Positions 61,401 to 64,000 of a stretch of 64,000 nucleotides of DNA are shown here, piece by piece. Made by a program: the position numbers and the translations under genes. The stretch lies in contig OZ024740.1 in assembly GCA_964016885.1 (NCBI GenBank), forward strand, positions 138,942,001 to 139,006,000, given 5' to 3'. A model generated the notes under the pieces. It was not told where the DNA came from. It ran no database searches and saw nothing but the letters and a program-made list of their open reading frames with translations. The DNA is from Eledone cirrhosa (taxonomy: Eukaryota). Each line of letters starts with the position of its first letter. Within the stretch, counting starts at the first letter, position 1.

Positions 61401-64000
61401 GTTGTTGTCAGTGTTGTTGTTAGTCTTGTTGTTGTTGTCATTGTTGTTGTTAGTCTTGTTGTTGTTAGTCTTGTTGTTGTTGTCATTTTTGTTGTTAATC
61501 TTGTTGTTGTTAGTATTGTTGTTAGTCTTGTTGTTGTTGTCATTGTTGCTGTTAGTCTTGTTGTTGTTGTCTTTGTTGTTGTTAGTCTTGTTGTTGTTAG
61601 TATTGTTGTTGTTAGTGTTGTTGTTGTTGTCATTTTTGTTGTTGTCATTGTTGTTATTAGTCTTGTTGTTGTTAGTCTTGTCGTTGTTGTCATTGTTGTA
61701 ATTAGTCTTGTTGTTAGTCTTGTTGTTGTTAGTCTTGTTGTTGTTAGTCTTGTTGTTGTTGTCATTGTTGCTGTTAGTCTTGTTGTTTTCATTTTTGTTG
61801 TTAATCTTGTTGTTGTTAGTCTTGTTGTTGTTAGTCTTGTTGTTGTTTTAATTGTTGCTGTTAGTCTTTTTGTTGTTGCAATTGTTGCTGTTAGTCTTGT
61901 TGTTGTTGTTAGTCTTGTTGTTGTTGTCATTGTTGTTGTTAGTCTTGTTGTTGTTGTCATTGTTGTTGTTAGTCTTGTCGTTGTTGTCATTGTTGTTGTT
62001 AGTCTTGTTGTTTTTGTCATTGTTGCTGTTAGTCTTGTTGTTGTTGTCATTGTTGTTGTTAATCTCGTTGTTGTTGTCATTTTTGTTGTTAGTCTTGTTG
62101 TTGTTGTCATTGTTGTTGTTAGTCTTGTTGTCGTTGTAATTGTTGTTGTTAGTCTTGTTGTTTTTGTCATTGTTGCTGTTAGTCTCTTTGTTGTTGTCAT
62201 TGTTGTTGTTAGTCTTGTTGTTTTTGTCATTGTTGCTGTTAGTCTTGTTGTTGTTGTCATTGTTGTTGTTAGTCTTGTTGTTGTTGTCATTGTTGTTGTT
62301 ACTCTTGTTGTTGTTGTCATTGTTGTTGTTGTCATTGTTGTTGTTAATCTCGTTGTTGTTGTCATTGTTGTTGTTAGTCTTGCTGTTGTTGTCATTGTTG
62401 CTGTTAGTCTTTTTGTTGTTGTCATTGTTGTTGTTAGTCTTGTTGTTGTTGTCATTGTTGTTGTTGTCATTTTTGTTGTTAGTCTTGTTGTTGTTGTCAT
62501 TGTTGCTGTTAGTCTTGTTGTTGTCATTTTTGTTGTTAGTCTGGTTGTTGCCATTGTTGTTGTTAGTCTTGTAGTTGTTGTCATTGTTGTTGTTAGTCTT
62601 TTTGTTGTTGTCATTTCTTTGTCAGTCTTTTTTTGTTGTCATTGTTGTTGTTAGTCTTGTTGTTGTTAGTCTTGTTGTTGTTTTCATTGTTGTTGTTAGT
62701 CTTATTGTTGTAGTCATTGTGCTGTTAGTCTTGTTGTTGTTGTCATTGTTGTTGTTAGTCTTGTTGTTGTTGTCATTGTCGTTGTTTGTCTTGTTGTTGT
62801 TATCAGTGTTACTGTTAGTCTTGTTGTTGTCATTTTTGTTGTTAGTCTGGTTGTTGTCATTGTTGTTGGTAGTCTTGTAGTTGTTGTCATTGTTGTTGTT
62901 AGTCTTTTTGTTGTTGTCATTTTTTTGTTAGTCTATTTGTTGTTGTCATTGTTGTTGTTAGTCTTGTTGTTGTTAGTCTTGTTGTTGTTGTAATTGTTGC
63001 TGTTAGTCTTTTTGTTGTTGCAATTGTTGCTGTTAGTCTTGTTGTTGTTGTTAGGCTCGTTGTTGTTGTCATTGTTGTTGTTAGTCTTGTTGTTGTTGTC
63101 ATTGTTGTTGTTAGTCTTGTCGTTGTTGTCATTGTTGTTGTTAGTCTTGTTGTTTTTGTCATTGTTGCTGTTAGTCTTGTTGTTGTTGTCATTGTTGTTG
63201 TTAATCTCGTTGTTGTTTTCATTGTTGTTGTTAGTCTTGTTGTTGTTGTCATTGTTGTTGTTAGTCTTGTTGTCGTTGTAATTGTTGTTGTTAGTCTTGT
63301 TGTTTTTGTCATTGTTGCTGTTAGTCTTTTTGTTGTTGTCATTGTTGTTGTTAGTCTTGTTGTTTTTGTCATTGTTGCTGTTAGTCTTGTTGTTGTTGTC
63401 ATTGTTGTTGATAGTCTTGTTGTTGTTGTCATTGTTGTTGTTACTCTTGTTGTTGTTGTCATTGTTGTTGTTGTCATTGTTGTTGTTAATCTCGTTGTTG
63501 TTGTCATTGTTGTTGTTAGTCTTGCTGTTGTTGTCATTGTTGTTGTTGTCATTTTTGTTGTTAGTCTTGTTGTTGTTGTCATTGTTGCTGTTAGTCTTGT
63601 TGTTGTTGTCATTGTTGTTGTTAGTCTTGTTGTTGTTTTCATTGTTGCTGTTAGTCTTGTTGTTGTTGTCATTGTTGTTGTTAGTCTTGTTGTTGTTGTC
63701 ATTGTTGTTGTTAGTCTTGTTGTTGTTGTCATTGTTGTTGTTAGTCTCGTCGTTGTTGTCATTGTTGTTGTTAGTCTTGTTGTTTTTGTCATTGTTGCTG
63801 TTAGTCTTGTTGTTGTTTTCATTGTTGTTGTTAATCTCGTTGTTGTTGTCATTGTTGTTGTTAGTCTTGTTGTTGTTGTCATTGTTGTTGTTAGTCTTGT
63901 TGTTGTTGTAATTGTTGTTGTTAGTCTTGTTGTTTTTGTCATTGTTGCTGTTAGTCTTTTTGTTGTTGTCATTGTTGTTGTTAGTCTTGTTGTATTTGTC
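49500..64000. repeat. Distal domain of rearranged ~1.1-3.5-kb higher-order units (core period ~2.2 kb)
   Basis: A 288-bp variant cassette (95-aa ORF starting MLLLVFLLLQ) recurs at 50350, 52572, 56099, 58343, 59943, 61852 and 62994; junction TCTYGGTTAG has its GG at 51270, 53462, 54582, 59203 and 60548. Confidence 0.88.

Larger units (their letters stand above)
2685..64000. repeat. Giant 30-bp (GTT)-derived satellite array, consensus AGTCTTGTTGTTGTTGTCATTGTTGTTGTT, more than 61 kb, continuing past the window end
   Basis: Columns repeat exactly in many 60-base lines (e.g. 2881-3090, 5221-5370, 26041-26880). About 2,000 monomer-equivalents by length, single orientation throughout, no foreign insert seen. 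The plus strand is almost all G/T. Confidence 0.99.

Noticed and set aside
2502-63972. Very long ORFs (up to 2761 aa) of V/I/S/L, L, N/D/K/T or T/M/R/L
   Set aside because: The 30-bp monomer has no stop in four of six frames, so overlapping ORFs on both strands are automatic. There is no domain, signal peptide or splice structure, and frames switch at frameshifts.
2685-64000. CRISPR array (30-bp repeat length)
   Set aside because: Monomers are head-to-tail with no unique spacers, no cas genes, and the context is eukaryotic.
2685-64000. Telomeric repeat (G/T-rich strand, TTAG in each unit)
   Set aside because: There are no TTAGGG or tandem TTAGG units and no G-runs; TTAGG occurs only as scattered variants. 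Kilobase-scale duplicated variant patterns indicate DNA-level copying, not telomerase synthesis. A subtelomeric location is not excluded.
2685-64000. Reverse-transcriptase-templated concatemer (DRT2/neo-like endless ORF)
   Set aside because: No RT gene or template RNA is present in the window, and the inherited variant blocks fit slippage plus recombination better.

Overview
Eukaryotic, non-coding, repeat-dominated window; I can support no protein-coding gene. Bases 1-2684 are AT-rich spacer with stacked microsatellites ((AT)n, (ACC)/(ACT)n, (GT)/(AT)n, (ATC)n, (CAC/TAC)n), a perfect 30-bp-arm palindrome (136-197) and a truncated tRNA-derived SINE (~1394-1510). The SINE resembles, from memory and without a search, a very abundant octopus SINE, so the source may be a cephalopod. 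From ~2685 to the window end (>61 kb, open-ended) there is one uninterrupted tandem array derived from (GTT)n. Its consensus monomer is 30 bp, AGTCTTGTTGTTGTTGTCATTGTTGTTGTT, built from two 15-bp halves, A = AGTCTT(GTT)3 and B = GTCATT(GTT)3, for about 2,000 monomer-equivalents. The giant ORFs (poly-V/I/S/L, poly-L, TNNNNDNNNK, TTTMTTTTRL) are by-products of this monomer, which is stop-free in 4 of 6 frames. Rare variants act as barcodes and reveal nested higher-order duplications (183 bp, 783 bp, ~2.1 kb, ~2.2 kb, ~2.9 kb, ~3.5 kb), regional variant domains, and a terminal mosaic copied from blocks 6.9, 9.3 and 17.4 kb away. Each consensus monomer also carries a SOX/HMG-box motif (CATTGTT) and, on the minus strand, a STAR/branch-point motif (ACTAAC); any function for these is speculative.
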